Positions 1 to 10,742 of a stretch of 64,000 bases of DNA are shown here, piece after piece; position 1 is the stretch's first letter, and every line of letters begins with the position of its first letter. The stretch comes from an uncultured Bacilli bacterium. GTDB lineage: Bacteria > Bacillota_I > Bacilli_A > RF39 > UBA660. The notes beneath the pieces are model-generated. The model was not told the origin of the DNA. It did no database searches and worked only from the letters and a program-made list of their open reading frames with translations. The stretch covers positions 2,928-66,927 of the forward strand of contig CALVUX010000008.1 of the NCBI GenBank assembly GCA_944363715.1. The letters run 5' to 3'. Both the position numbers and the translations under genes were made by a program.

Positions 1-392
1 AGTCTTGTAAAAAGGCAGATATTTATGATGTAATTATGGATCTTGATGATAAATTTAATACTTTTGTTGGTGAAGGGGGAGTGATGTTAAGTGGTGGTGA
101 AAAACAAAGACTTGCTATTGCTAGAACATTACTTACGAAAAGTAATATAATTTTATTTGATGAAGCGACAAGTGCATTAGATAATGTTACTCAAGATAAA
201 GTTCAGAAAGCTATATATGGATTAGATAAAGATAAAACAATACTAATTATTGCTCATAGATTATCTACTGTTAATAAATGTGATAGAATAGTAGTTGTAG
301 ATGATGGGAATATTGTTGATATTGGTACACATAAGGAATTATATAAAAGATGTAGTAAATATAGAGAGTTATATGACTGTGAGGCAGTTTAA
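1..392 (+). CDS. ABC transporter ATP-binding/permease protein, C-terminal fragment (5' end lies outside the window)
   Basis: Frame is open from the window edge. ABC signature LSGGEKQRLAIARTLL, Walker B ILFDEATSALD and H-loop IIAHRL are present. Confidence 0.8.
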   Translation, partial: SCKKADIYDVIMDLDDKFNTFVGEGGVMLSGGEKQRLAIARTLLTKSNIILFDEATSALDNVTQDKVQKAIYGLDKDKTILIIAHRLSTVNKCDRIVVVDDGNIVDIGTHKELYKRCSKYRELYDCEAV

Positions 393-404
393 ATTTTTAT
401 CATA

Positions 405-758
405 AGTGTTTGCATAAATGTAATAATTATGATAAGATGTATATGTAAGAAAAATTTTCATACACTATAAAAGGAACACTTAATATTGTCGTGTTGAGTG
501 TACCTCTAATTATATTTTTGTTAGAGACACCTAATTCAATAGTTGTGAGTTAGGTGACTTTTTCTATATTAAGACTAAAAGTAGTAGCAAATTCTGAAAA
601 AGGATAATAATTACTAAAGATAAAATTAAAAAATCTTTCTTGTTCATTATTTCGACCTCCTTTCTGAGGCCACACCCAACTATTAAATGTTCCTTATAAA
701 TATAGTATCAAATTAATTTCTGTATAGCAAGAGAAAATGTAATAAATTAGTTACAAAT
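405..758 (-). repeat. Copy A of the ~355-bp type I TA-like module (reverse orientation)
   Basis: Near-identical stretches shared with 43237..43590 and 44463..44819, e.g. aaatgtaataaattagtt, ccaactattaaatgttcc, aaaaggaacacttaatatt. Hairpin cacctaa(N15)ttaggtg at 528..556. Confidence 0.8.
564..647 (-). CDS. Small hydrophobic peptide (27 aa, MNKKDFLILSLVIIILFQNLLLLLVLI); candidate type I toxin
   Basis: ATG preceded by the SD aaaggagg. Paralogous to the peptides at 43343 and 44567. Too short for the ORF track. Confidence 0.4.
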   Translation of the reverse strand: MNKKDFLILSLVIIILFQNLLLLLVLI

Positions 759-785
759 TTTCGTAATATTAGATGTGTTAAGGTA

Positions 786-1685
786 GTGATATTTATGATT
801 CTTTTTGTGAGTGGTAGATGTGATATAGTAGCTTTCTATACTCCTTGGTTTATTAATAGATTAAAAGAAGGGTATGTGGATGTTAGAAATCCTTTTTATA
901 AGAAGCAGGTGAGTAGAATATATTTTAATGATGTGGATTTAATTTACTTTTGTACTAAGAATCCTAGACCTATTGTTCCTTACTTAAAAGAGATAGATAA
1001 GCCTATACTATTTAATGTTACGATTACTCCTTATAAAAGAGATATTGAACCTAATGTATTAGATAAAGATAAGATAATTGAAAGTGTTATAGAAATATCT
1101 AAGATTATTGGTAGTGATAATATTTATGTTAGATATGATCCTATATTTTTAAGTGATAAATATAATTTAGATTATCATATTAAAGCATTTGATAGACTTT
1201 GTAGTTTACTTAATGGATATGTTAAACATATTATAGTATCTTTTATAGATGATTATAAAAATGTAAGGAAGAATATGAAAGTTTTAAGAGTCAAACCTTT
1301 TGACTTTAATGACTATAAAACAATTGGAACATCTTTTAGTTCTATTGCAAGTAAATATAATATGACAGTACAAACTTGTTTTGAAAAAGAAAATCTTGTA
1401 GAGTATGGTTTTATTAAAGGTGATTGTTTAGGAGTAGAACTTGCTAAAAGACTTACTGGTAAAGATAGGTTTAAAAAGAGTAAAGTTAGAAAAGGTGGGC
1501 TATGTAATTGTGTAGAAATGGTTGATATAGGGTATTATAATTCTTGTAAACATTTTTGTAAGTATTGTTATGCTAATTATAGTGAGAGTGAAGTTGTTAG
1601 TAACTTTATGAAACATAATGTAAATTCATCTTTACTTATTGGAGAGTTAGAAAAAGATGATATAATAAAGGTAAGAAAAAGTTAA
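786..1685 (+). CDS. DUF1848 family protein
   Basis: N-terminal DIVAFYTPWFINRLKEGYV and a C-terminal Cys cluster CNCVEMVDIGYYNSCKHFCKYCYA, matching the DUF1848 layout as recalled. Confidence 0.5.
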   Translation: MIFMILFVSGRCDIVAFYTPWFINRLKEGYVDVRNPFYKKQVSRIYFNDVDLIYFCTKNPRPIVPYLKEIDKPILFNVTITPYKRDIEPNVLDKDKIIESVIEISKIIGSDNIYVRYDPIFLSDKYNLDYHIKAFDRLCSLLNGYVKHIIVSFIDDYKNVRKNMKVLRVKPFDFNDYKTIGTSFSSIASKYNMTVQTCFEKENLVEYGFIKGDCLGVELAKRLTGKDRFKKSKVRKGGLCNCVEMVDIGYYNSCKHFCKYCYANYSESEVVSNFMKHNVNSSLLIGELEKDDIIKVRKS

Positions 1686-1689
1686 TGAG

Positions 1690-2901
1690 GTGATGCTTCC
1701 TGTGAAGAAGAAAATAATTATAATATCTTCTATTGTTATTGTTGCTATCTTAATTATTTCTTTAATAATTTATTTTAATGTAAGAATAGTTGTTGATAAT
1801 AGTGGCTTTACTTTAAAAGATGATTTGACTGTTAATGTATATAGTAATGTTAAAGTAAAAGATTTTATTAAAGATATAGATGGTAAAATAGTTGATAATA
1901 ATAAAATTAAAACTAATGAGTTAGGTAAAGTAGAAGTAGAGTTTATTTATTTAAATAGTGATGAGAAAAAGAGAAAAGGTGTTTTTGAAGTTGAAGTTAA
2001 AGATTTAGAAGAGCCATTGATATGGTTATCTAATAGTTATAGTGTTAGAGTTGGTGATGATGTTAATTTAGAAGATGAAATACTCTGTGCCGATAATTAT
2101 GATAGTAATCCTAATTGTAAAATTACAGGTGATTATGATTTAAATACAGCAGGGAACTATTCTTTAGTTTATGAAGCAGAAGATAGTAGTGGAAATAAAG
2201 AGAGTGTTGACTTTACTTTATATGTTTATGAACCAAGAGAGGTAACTGGTGGTGGTAGTAATAGTGAAGTTACTTATACTGATTTTAAGGAGATAGTTAC
2301 TAGTCATAAAACTGATGATACTTTAGTTGGTATTGATGTTTCTAAGTGGCAAGGAGCGATAGATTTTTCTAAAGTAAAGGAAGCAGGTGCTGAATTTGTT
2401 ATTATTAGAGTTGGCTCACAAAATGGGGTAGGGGGAGAATATGTTCTTGATCCTTACTTTAAAAGAAATATTAGTGATGCGATAGAGAATGATTTAGATG
2501 TTGGTATATACTTTTATTCCTATGCAGATAGCAAGAAAGAAGCTAGAAAACAAGCAGAATGGGTAATTAAACAGATAAAAGACTATGATATTACTTTACC
2601 TATTGCCTTTGATTTTGAGTCATTTACTTCTTTTAATAGTATGAATCTTAGTTTATATCAGTTAAATGAAGTGGCTGAGTCTTACTTTTCTACTTTAGAA
2701 GATGCTGGTTATGATACTATGCTTTATGGTAGTAAAAATTATTTAAATGCTATTTGGAAATATAATACTAATAAAGTATGGCTTGCTCATTATACAGATA
2801 AAACTGATTATGATAAAGACTATATGATGTGGCAATTATGTCAAGATGGGGTTATTGATGGTATTAATGGTTTTGTTGATATAGATATTTTATATAAATA
2901 G
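1690..2901 (+). CDS. Membrane-anchored GH25 muramidase (lysozyme) with an Ig-like domain
   Basis: N-terminal TM helix. GH25 motifs GIDVSKWQGAIDFSKVKEAGAEFVIIRVG and DPYF...VGIYFYSYA. Confidence 0.8.
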   Translation: MMLPVKKKIIIISSIVIVAILIISLIIYFNVRIVVDNSGFTLKDDLTVNVYSNVKVKDFIKDIDGKIVDNNKIKTNELGKVEVEFIYLNSDEKKRKGVFEVEVKDLEEPLIWLSNSYSVRVGDDVNLEDEILCADNYDSNPNCKITGDYDLNTAGNYSLVYEAEDSSGNKESVDFTLYVYEPREVTGGGSNSEVTYTDFKEIVTSHKTDDTLVGIDVSKWQGAIDFSKVKEAGAEFVIIRVGSQNGVGGEYVLDPYFKRNISDAIENDLDVGIYFYSYADSKKEARKQAEWVIKQIKDYDITLPIAFDFESFTSFNSMNLSLYQLNEVAESYFSTLEDAGYDTMLYGSKNYLNAIWKYNTNKVWLAHYTDKTDYDKDYMMWQLCQDGVIDGINGFVDIDILYK

Positions 2902-3033
2902 TGATATGAGTAAAAAAAGAGGTGATATGTTATGAAAATTGTTGATAATCCATATAAAAAGGAATTTGTATTTGACTTATATAGTTGAATTTATCCTAAA
3001 TTTAAAGAATATGATAAGATAACTAGGAAGAAA

Positions 3034-4476
3034 ATGCTTGAAAAGATTATAGAGTTTTATAGTGACTATAATAATATTATTGATATGTGTACTTATAGAG
3101 ATATTAAGTTTTTAAAAAGAATGGCTAATAGAGAAGAGATTAATTATGATGATGAAAGGTTTAAATTTGAGAAAGCCAGTTTAATTAAAAAAATGTTAGT
3201 TGGTTATAATGAAAAATATGAGTATGATTTTTATGATGAATTAAAAGAGCCTATTTTACTTGCATTATCTAAAGTAAAAATGAGTGAAGTTAAGAAGAAA
3301 ACAGAACTTAATGAATTTTTAATTGGCTTTTATAAAGTAATGGGAAACTTTTTGATTTATCCTTTAATAAATATAACATCATCTTTATTAAAATTAGATG
3401 ATAGAGTAGTATTTGATCATGTATTTAATAATAAATTATTTAACTATTATGTAATGATATATGATAAATATATGGAAGTTTATGATAAAGAAGTTCCTAT
3501 TGGTTTATATATTGGTTATTTTCATTATGAGGAAGAGCTTGATGAGGCGAGAAAAGAATATGCTATTGGTGGTACACAAACTTTTGATTTAGGGGAGTAT
3601 ATAAATATATTTTATGATGATTTTAACTTTGATAATAAAATAGTTAAAAAATTTTATAAAGAATTAATGGACTTACCTTTCTTCGGTTTTACAGTATTAA
3701 AACCAATTAGAATATTTGCATTATTAAATAAAGATAGAGAGTCTTTAAAGGATTCTATTAGGAATGTTCCTGCTTTGAAAAATTATCCTTTAGGTGATTT
3801 CTTTAAATTAATGGATCAAGCGATGGATGAGATGCCTTCAGGGGCTTTAAATGGAATGTGTCCTAGAGAATATAAAGAGAAACTTAAAGAACAAGAAGAA
3901 TATGAATTTAAAAGAGAAATGGAATATACAGGTCAAAAGGATGCTTGCTTAGGTGATGATGTTGCTAAAGGTTTTTACAACTTATATTTTTCATTGTTAG
4001 AGTATGTTAATAATAAGTATCATGTTAATACTAGTGTTAAAAAAATATATAAACAGGAACAGTTAGATCCTAATCAATTAATGCCAATTATAGAGTATCT
4101 ATTTAAAGATAAAGAAAAGATTATAGATGCTTATTTGAAAGATAATCCTCATAATTTTGATAGTGAAGACTTAGAGAAAGTAAGTAAATTTAAACAAGGT
4201 ATTAGAGAAATGTTTACTATTGCTAAATATGAAGAAGATTATACGGCAGTTCTTTCTAGTGATCGTGTTTATATGATTAAGGGGTTAAATTCTAATATAG
4301 ATGAAGTTATTCCTTACCATGATATACCATGTATTGTTACTACTTCTTTATTTCCGTATGATGGGGTAATTGTTTATGATGGGTTACTTTCTACTTATCC
4401 TATTAGTATGGGTACATCTTTTGTTAAGATGGTAGAAAAAGAATATAATGAAGATATGAAATATTATCATTTATAA
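3034..4476 (+). CDS. Hypothetical protein (480 aa)
   Basis: Long ORF with typical codon usage. No motif recognised. Confidence 0.5.
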   Translation: MLEKIIEFYSDYNNIIDMCTYRDIKFLKRMANREEINYDDERFKFEKASLIKKMLVGYNEKYEYDFYDELKEPILLALSKVKMSEVKKKTELNEFLIGFYKVMGNFLIYPLINITSSLLKLDDRVVFDHVFNNKLFNYYVMIYDKYMEVYDKEVPIGLYIGYFHYEEELDEARKEYAIGGTQTFDLGEYINIFYDDFNFDNKIVKKFYKELMDLPFFGFTVLKPIRIFALLNKDRESLKDSIRNVPALKNYPLGDFFKLMDQAMDEMPSGALNGMCPREYKEKLKEQEEYEFKREMEYTGQKDACLGDDVAKGFYNLYFSLLEYVNNKYHVNTSVKKIYKQEQLDPNQLMPIIEYLFKDKEKIIDAYLKDNPHNFDSEDLEKVSKFKQGIREMFTIAKYEEDYTAVLSSDRVYMIKGLNSNIDEVIPYHDIPCIVTTSLFPYDGVIVYDGLLSTYPISMGTSFVKMVEKEYNEDMKYYHL

Positions 4477-4516
4477 ATATAATTGTTTGTTTTGTGTTAT
4501 ACTAAAATAGGAAAGG

Positions 4517-5902
4517 ATGATTATGTTGAAAGAGAATATTTGGAAGAAGTATAATGCAGTAGAAGTTTCTAAAGTGTTTGAGATGGGTGAAGATTATAAG
4601 AAGTTTTTAACTGTTTCAAAGACAGAAAGAGAATGTAATAAAGAGATTATTAGACGTGCTGAAGAGAAAGGATTCCACAATATTGTGGATTATATTAAAG
4701 AAGAGAGATCATTAAAACCAGGAGATAAGATTTATGCTGATAATAGAGGGAAAGCAGTTATATTATTTATAATAGGGAATGACTCTATTACTAATGGTAT
4801 GAATATATTAGGAGCTCATATTGATTCTCCTAGACTTGATTTAAAAGCTAATCCTTTATATGAGGATACTGACTTTGCTTATTTTGATACTCATTATTAT
4901 GGTGGTATTAAGAAGTATCAATGGACTACTATTCCTTTAGCTTTGCACGGTGTTATTGTTAAGAGGGATGGTACTAAGATAGATGTTAATATTGGGGAAA
5001 GTGAAGATGATCCTGTATTTTGTATAACTGATTTACTTCCTCATTTAGCAGGTGAACAGATGAAGAAGGATGCTTCTAAACTAATAGAAGGTGAAGCTTT
5101 AGATATTTTGATTGGTAATATGCCTTTAAAAGGTGAAGATAAAGAAGGAGTTAAAGCTAATGTACTTTCTATATTAAAAGAGAAATATGATATATCTGAA
5201 GATGATTTTTTATCTAGTGAAATAGAAGTTGTTCCTGCAGGTTCTGCTCGTGATATGGGACTTGATAAGAGTATGGTTTTATCTTATGGTCAAGATGATA
5301 GAAGTTGTGCTTATTCATCATTAATGGCTTTTTTAGATGCAGATATTACTGATAAGACTTTATGTTGTATTTTAGTTGATAAGGAAGAAATTGGTAGTGT
5401 TGGTTCTACTGGTATGGGATCTCGTTTCTATGAAAATACTATAGCAGAGGTTTGTCATTTATTAGGTGAAGATAGTTTTGTTAGTGTTAGAAGAGTTTTA
5501 TCTAATTCTCGGATGTTAAGTAGTGATGTTAATGCAGCATATGATCCTTTATATGCTAGTGTTATGGATAAGCGTAATTCATCATATTTAGCTCGTGGTT
5601 TAGTTTTCTGTAAATATACAGGTGCTCGTGGTAAGAGTGGTAGTAATGATGCTGATGCTGAATTTATTGCAGAACTTAGAAATATCTTAGATAGTGATAA
5701 TGTTAGTTATCAAATATCAGAGCTTGGTAAAGTAGATGCCGGTGGTGGTGGTACTATTGCCTATATCCTTGCTAATTATGATGTAAAAGTAATTGATGCT
5801 GGGGTTGGAGTTTTAAATATGCATGCACCTTATGAAGTTACTAGTAAAGTAGATATTTATGAAGCATATAGAGGTTATTTAACATTTTTAATGAAAGCAT
5901 AG
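4517..5902 (+). CDS. M18-family aminopeptidase
   Basis: HIDSPRLDLKANP and NMHAPYE motifs. Length ~460 aa. Confidence 0.8.
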   Translation: MIMLKENIWKKYNAVEVSKVFEMGEDYKKFLTVSKTERECNKEIIRRAEEKGFHNIVDYIKEERSLKPGDKIYADNRGKAVILFIIGNDSITNGMNILGAHIDSPRLDLKANPLYEDTDFAYFDTHYYGGIKKYQWTTIPLALHGVIVKRDGTKIDVNIGESEDDPVFCITDLLPHLAGEQMKKDASKLIEGEALDILIGNMPLKGEDKEGVKANVLSILKEKYDISEDDFLSSEIEVVPAGSARDMGLDKSMVLSYGQDDRSCAYSSLMAFLDADITDKTLCCILVDKEEIGSVGSTGMGSRFYENTIAEVCHLLGEDSFVSVRRVLSNSRMLSSDVNAAYDPLYASVMDKRNSSYLARGLVFCKYTGARGKSGSNDADAEFIAELRNILDSDNVSYQISELGKVDAGGGGTIAYILANYDVKVIDAGVGVLNMHAPYEVTSKVDIYEAYRGYLTFLMKA

Positions 5903-5989
5903 GTAAATAAACTTATGCTTTTTTTAAACTCTACTATTAGTGGGTGTAAATTTTAGATATTATTTTATATTCTTTATGTAAGAAAGAGA

Positions 5990-6778
5990 GTGAAGAATAT
6001 GAATCAAGAAAAAATTGGAAAACTAATTAAGAAAGTAAGAAAGGATAAAGGTCTTACCCAACAAGATTTAGCAGATTTACTTAATCTTAGTCCTAAGACT
6101 ATATCAAAATGGGAATGTGGAAAGGGATGCCCTGATATAAGTATTCTTAATGAATTATGTAATATTTTAGGTATTAGTGTTACAGAATTACTTAATGGAG
6201 AGTTAGGCTTAAAAGATGATAATAATGCTACTATAACTGAATCTATTAAGTACTATAATAATAGATTTAAACGTAAGTTAATTGTTATACTTCTAATTAC
6301 ATTATTAATTTTGTCTCCATTTATTATTTTATCTATTGGAGAGTTAGGAAGATTTAAAAATTTACCATCTTATACGACTATTATTATAGATAATAAGACT
6401 AAGAATTTGTTTTCTCTTTTAGAAAGTTATGATTATAAAGAGATAGAGACTTTATTAAATGACAATGTAGATATTTCTAATAGAGAGTTAGAAAAATATT
6501 CTATTAAAGAATTTATTAAGAGATTAAAAGCATTAGAGGATATAGGTGTTGTATTTGAAGATATTAATTATAATAATTCTAGTTATGGTGATACTGTTTA
6601 TTATAATATTTCTATTTCTTATAAAGATGCTAGTTATGAGATGTATTATAATATGAGATATGATAAAGAAATAGGAAAATATACTTTTTTGATATATGCT
6701 CCTAGTCATGACAGTGATAAAGAAATTTATAAATTAATTGAGAATGTTTTTTGTCCTGGTTCAGAATATTTTAATTGA
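5990..6778 (+). CDS. XRE-family HTH transcriptional regulator with a TM segment
   Basis: N-terminal HTH_3 domain LTQQDLADLLNLSPKTISKWECGK, then a hydrophobic helix. Confidence 0.7.
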   Translation: MKNMNQEKIGKLIKKVRKDKGLTQQDLADLLNLSPKTISKWECGKGCPDISILNELCNILGISVTELLNGELGLKDDNNATITESIKYYNNRFKRKLIVILLITLLILSPFIILSIGELGRFKNLPSYTTIIIDNKTKNLFSLLESYDYKEIETLLNDNVDISNRELEKYSIKEFIKRLKALEDIGVVFEDINYNNSSYGDTVYYNISISYKDASYEMYYNMRYDKEIGKYTFLIYAPSHDSDKEIYKLIENVFCPGSEYFN

Positions 6779-6811
6779 TAAGATAACTTTAATATGTTAT
6801 CTTATTTTTAG

Positions 6812-7318
6812 GTGATGTGTATGAATAAGATATATTTAATAGCAGATACACACTTTAATCATGGTAATATAATTAAATACTGTAATAGACCTTTTAGTGA
6901 TATAGAAGAGATGAATAATACTATTATTAATAATTGGAATAGTGTTGTGGATAAAGGTGATATCGTTTATCATTTAGGAGATTTTATTTTAGGTGATAAT
7001 ATAAGTGACTTTGTTAGTAAACTTAATGGAAAAATCTATTTAGTAAGAGGTAATCATGATGGTAAATCAATAAATTTTTATAATAATATTGGTTTAGAAG
7101 TTGTTCCTACTAAGACTAAGCTAGAAGAATATAAAATTATATTATCTCATAGACCTTTAGAAAATAATCAGATACCTGATGGTTATATTAATATACATGG
7201 ACATATTCATAATGCTAAGTTGGATGATTCTTTTGATTCTAATAAACATAAGTGTGTATCAGTAGAAGTTATTGATTATATGCCAATAGAAATTGAAAAG
7301 GTTAGGAAAGAGGTATAG
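6812..7318 (+). CDS. Metallophosphoesterase (calcineurin-like, YfcE/MJ0936 type)
   Basis: IADTHFNHGN, GDF and GNHD motifs. Confidence 0.75.
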   Translation: MMCMNKIYLIADTHFNHGNIIKYCNRPFSDIEEMNNTIINNWNSVVDKGDIVYHLGDFILGDNISDFVSKLNGKIYLVRGNHDGKSINFYNNIGLEVVPTKTKLEEYKIILSHRPLENNQIPDGYINIHGHIHNAKLDDSFDSNKHKCVSVEVIDYMPIEIEKVRKEV

Positions 7319-7320
7319 TT

Positions 7321-8064
7321 ATGAGTGAAGATGAATTATTTGCAGAAGATATGAGAAATGCAATGCTTAATATGAGGAGATATATTTTAAATAGCAAACC
7401 TCATATTAAGAAATATAATCATTATAGAAAGGTTCATGCTGATATTTTAGAGAGTATGGCTTCATATGTTTTTAATGGTAAATATGATTTTGGTAAATAT
7501 ATAGATGAATTAAATAAGGATAGAGAAGATAGTAGTTTTGAAAATTTAAAGGGCTTTGATCTATCTTCTGATAATCCTGATGATGTATCTATAATTGCTG
7601 AACTATTTGTGTATAAGAATTTAAAAGAAGTGCCTTCAGTTACAGAGATATATTTAGAAAAAAATAAATTTAAAAATGCAGATAAAGTTAAATTGTTAAA
7701 GGCAATGAATGAGTCTTATGTAGGATTATTTAAAGTAACTGACATAGATTTTGATAATGCTTATGTTACTTATGAAGATGTATTTACTCATAAAAAGTTT
7801 AAAGTAATTGATATTTCTATGAGTGCATTTTCTAAAGTTGATGATGATAATCCTATTTACATGTATAATAGAGTTATTACAGTAGATGGGATATCTTTTG
7901 GTACTGGTATTCATTGTAATCTTAGTTATAAGAATAAAGAGTTTAGAAAATTTCTTAAAGAACATGATTATAATGAGAGTACAGATTTTTTTAGATGTCT
8001 TACATTATATGAAATATCTAAAAAAACAAAAGATAAAGGAGTCCGTTATAATACTCAGTTTTAA
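7321..8064 (+). CDS. Hypothetical protein; intact paralogue of the interrupted gene at 9715..10485
   Basis: ~50-60% identity with the two halves of 9715..10485 along its full length. Confidence 0.6.
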   Translation: MSEDELFAEDMRNAMLNMRRYILNSKPHIKKYNHYRKVHADILESMASYVFNGKYDFGKYIDELNKDREDSSFENLKGFDLSSDNPDDVSIIAELFVYKNLKEVPSVTEIYLEKNKFKNADKVKLLKAMNESYVGLFKVTDIDFDNAYVTYEDVFTHKKFKVIDISMSAFSKVDDDNPIYMYNRVITVDGISFGTGIHCNLSYKNKEFRKFLKEHDYNESTDFFRCLTLYEISKKTKDKGVRYNTQF

Positions 8065-8098
8065 TTTTTAATATATATGAAAGTATAGAGGGTTATGC

Positions 8099-8965
8099 AT
8101 GAAAAGAGAATTTAAGGTATTTGTATTTAGTATGATTATAAATTTCTTTATATCTATTTTAAAAATAGGTGGAGGACTTTATTTTAATTTTGCATCTTTA
8201 ATATCAGATGGAATGCAAACATTAAGTGATTTTATTACTGATATTGTTTCTTTTGTTGGAATAAAAGTATCTAAAAAACGTCCTACTAAAAGTCATCCTT
8301 TTGGTTTTGGTAAGATGGAGTATATTATAAATTTAGTAATAGGAGTTATATTATTACTATTATCTATTTTCATAGTAGTTAATGGTTTTATTAGTAAATG
8401 GCATATTCCTTCGCTTTTAGTACTATTTATTTTATTTGTAGCTTTAATACTTAAGATAATAACTTTGTTTTTTCTTTATTCAGTTGGGAAAAAGATAAAT
8501 AGTCAGTTGTTGATTACATCTTATAAAGAATCAAAGATGGATTTATATTCTTCTATAGGAGTTATTGTGGCGACTATTTCATTACAATTTTCAGATGATA
8601 TTGTTATATTTAGATATGTTGATATAGTAGTTGCACTTGTAATGGGATTTATTGTATTTAAAACAGCTTTTAATATTTTAAAAGATAATTCTATGAATTT
8701 AATAGGTAAAGTTGAAGATAATTTAGAGCTTTATAAGAAAATAGAAGAGTTTTTATTAGATATAAAAGGAGTAGAGAAAGTTAAATTCTATTTAATACGT
8801 TATGGTAAATATTATAAGATTCAATTAATGGTAGAGATGGATGCTAATCTTACGCTTAGACAAGTTACAAGATTAGAAGAGAAAATTAAAAAAGAATTAG
8901 TTTCTCATAGAAGCTTTGGAGTTAAGTATCCTACTATATATGTTACATCTAATCTTGATGATTAG
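8099..8965 (+). CDS. Cation diffusion facilitator (CDF) family metal efflux transporter
   Basis: Six TM helices, signature HPFGFGKMEY and a C-terminal cytoplasmic domain. Confidence 0.8.
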   Translation: MKREFKVFVFSMIINFFISILKIGGGLYFNFASLISDGMQTLSDFITDIVSFVGIKVSKKRPTKSHPFGFGKMEYIINLVIGVILLLLSIFIVVNGFISKWHIPSLLVLFILFVALILKIITLFFLYSVGKKINSQLLITSYKESKMDLYSSIGVIVATISLQFSDDIVIFRYVDIVVALVMGFIVFKTAFNILKDNSMNLIGKVEDNLELYKKIEEFLLDIKGVEKVKFYLIRYGKYYKIQLMVEMDANLTLRQVTRLEEKIKKELVSHRSFGVKYPTIYVTSNLDD

Positions 8966-9069
8966 AAATATATAATGATGAGATAAGCTATTTTAAATAC
9001 AATAGTGGAGAAATTTGTTCTATGTCTATTGAATAATTTATTAAAGAAAAATAAGGAGAAGATAGATTT

Positions 9070-9612
9070 ATGAATTATGTTATTGAAAAGTTAAATTTAA
9101 ATAATGTGGAATTTTATGCTAGAGTGAATGCTTTGGCTTGGAAACAATCATATAAGGGAATTGTAGATAATGATTTTTTAGAATTGATAAATCAAGAAGA
9201 TGAAATAGGAAAAGCAATTCAAAATTTAAAAGAAGGATTAAACGATGACAGTAGAAGGTTTTTACTTAAAGTTGATAATGAATATGTAGGAATTTTAAGA
9301 GTTAGAAAAACTAAATATGAAAAATATTTTAGTTGTGGAGAATTGGGTGCCTTATATTTATTAGATAATGTAAAAAATAAAGGTTTCGGAAAAATTCTTT
9401 TTAATAAAGCAATAAAAGAACTAATTGATATGGGGTATAAAGATATGATAATTGGGTGTTTAGTTGATAATCCTTCTAATGGCTTTTACAAACATGTAGG
9501 AGGAAAACTTGTAGATAATAGTCCTTTAAAATTGCCAAATAATCAATGCTTAATTGAAAATATTTATTACTATTCTAATATCAAAGAATTATTAGACAAG
9601 CTACAAGATTAG
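9070..9612 (+). CDS. GNAT family N-acetyltransferase
   Basis: Acetyl-CoA-binding-like motif KGFGKILFNKAI. Confidence 0.65.
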   Translation: MNYVIEKLNLNNVEFYARVNALAWKQSYKGIVDNDFLELINQEDEIGKAIQNLKEGLNDDSRRFLLKVDNEYVGILRVRKTKYEKYFSCGELGALYLLDNVKNKGFGKILFNKAIKELIDMGYKDMIIGCLVDNPSNGFYKHVGGKLVDNSPLKLPNNQCLIENIYYYSNIKELLDKLQD

Positions 9613-9714
9613 AAATAAATAATGGTTTTGAAAAATTTATTTGATAATAAGTTTATTGTATTTTACAATAGTATAAGTATTAGATGAATATAAATAGGAA
9701 AGAGGTAAAAAATT

Positions 9715-10485
9715 ATGGATGATGTTTTAGAAAGAATACTTGCTAATTTTAGTGAAGAAGATAGAGCTAGACTTTTCTTTAATGCAAGACAGTATCAATT
9801 AAATAGAAAGGCTCATATTAAAAAGTATAATAAATTTAGAAAATTACAGAGTGAAGTTATTGATAGTATGGAAAACTATATTTTAGATGGTAAATATGAT
9901 ATAAATAAATATCTTAAAGATATGACTAGTAAAGTTAATTTTGATAAATTAAAAGATAAGAGATTTTTTAATTTCGATTATGATGATCCTGATGATAGAA
10001 CAATATTAGACGAACTATTTATCTATAAAAATATTGAAGGTATACCTTCAGTAACTGAGATATATTTAGAGAAGAATAAACTTAGAAATGAGGATAAAGT
10101 TAAGATGTTAAATGCTATGAATAATTCTTATGTAAGTTTATTTTAAATAGTTGGTGTTGATAGAGAAGATGCTTATGTAATATATGAAGATGTTTTTACT
10201 AAAAAGAGATATAAGATTATAGATATTGCTATGAGTGGATCTGTTATAATAGATAAGAAAAGACCAATATATTATTATAATAGAATAATTACTATTGATG
10301 GTATATCTTATGGTACTGGTATTCATTGTATTATGACTGGTGATAATAAAGAGTTAATTAATTTTATTAAGAAACATGATTATAAAAAGAGTCCTGATTT
10401 TTATAGATGTTTAATGTTATATGCTATATCTAAAAAAGAAGAAAATATGGAAGTTAGTTATAATAATAGGTATGGTTATAGATAG
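9715..10485 (+). pseudogene. Paralogue of 7321..8064 interrupted by a single in-frame TAA at 10144..10146 (or stop read-through)
   Basis: ORFs 9715..10146 and 10231..10485 share one frame. Homology to the intact paralogue runs across the stop (YVGLFKVTDIDFDNAY versus YVSLF*IVGVDREDAY). Confidence 0.6.
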
Positions 10486-10517
10486 AAAGATACATTTTGA
10501 TAAAGTATCTTTTTTTA
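10486..10517 (+). terminator. Rho-independent terminator
   Basis: aaagatac / gtatcttt stem followed by T7. Confidence 0.6.
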
Positions 10518-10742
10518 AAATTTTATAAATAAAAAACCATTGCTTACTGGTGCAACAGTTAAAACCTCTATAAGTCCCAGACTATAAGTAAAGGACTAAG
10601 TTGATAAATATGATATAAGATAAAATTTAGCTTGTCAAGATATTCATAATTATGATATGTTTTCTTTAATAAAAATATACTATATAATAAAAAATGGGTA
10701 ATATTAATATATTAAAATAATACAAGATAGGAGTTGTTATTA

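Noticed and set aside
7726-7965. Minus-strand ORF (79 aa) and the plus ORF 7886..8071
   Set aside because: They lie inside or antisense to the well-supported 7321..8064 CDS. The sequence is low-complexity and AT-rich, typical of spurious ORFs.
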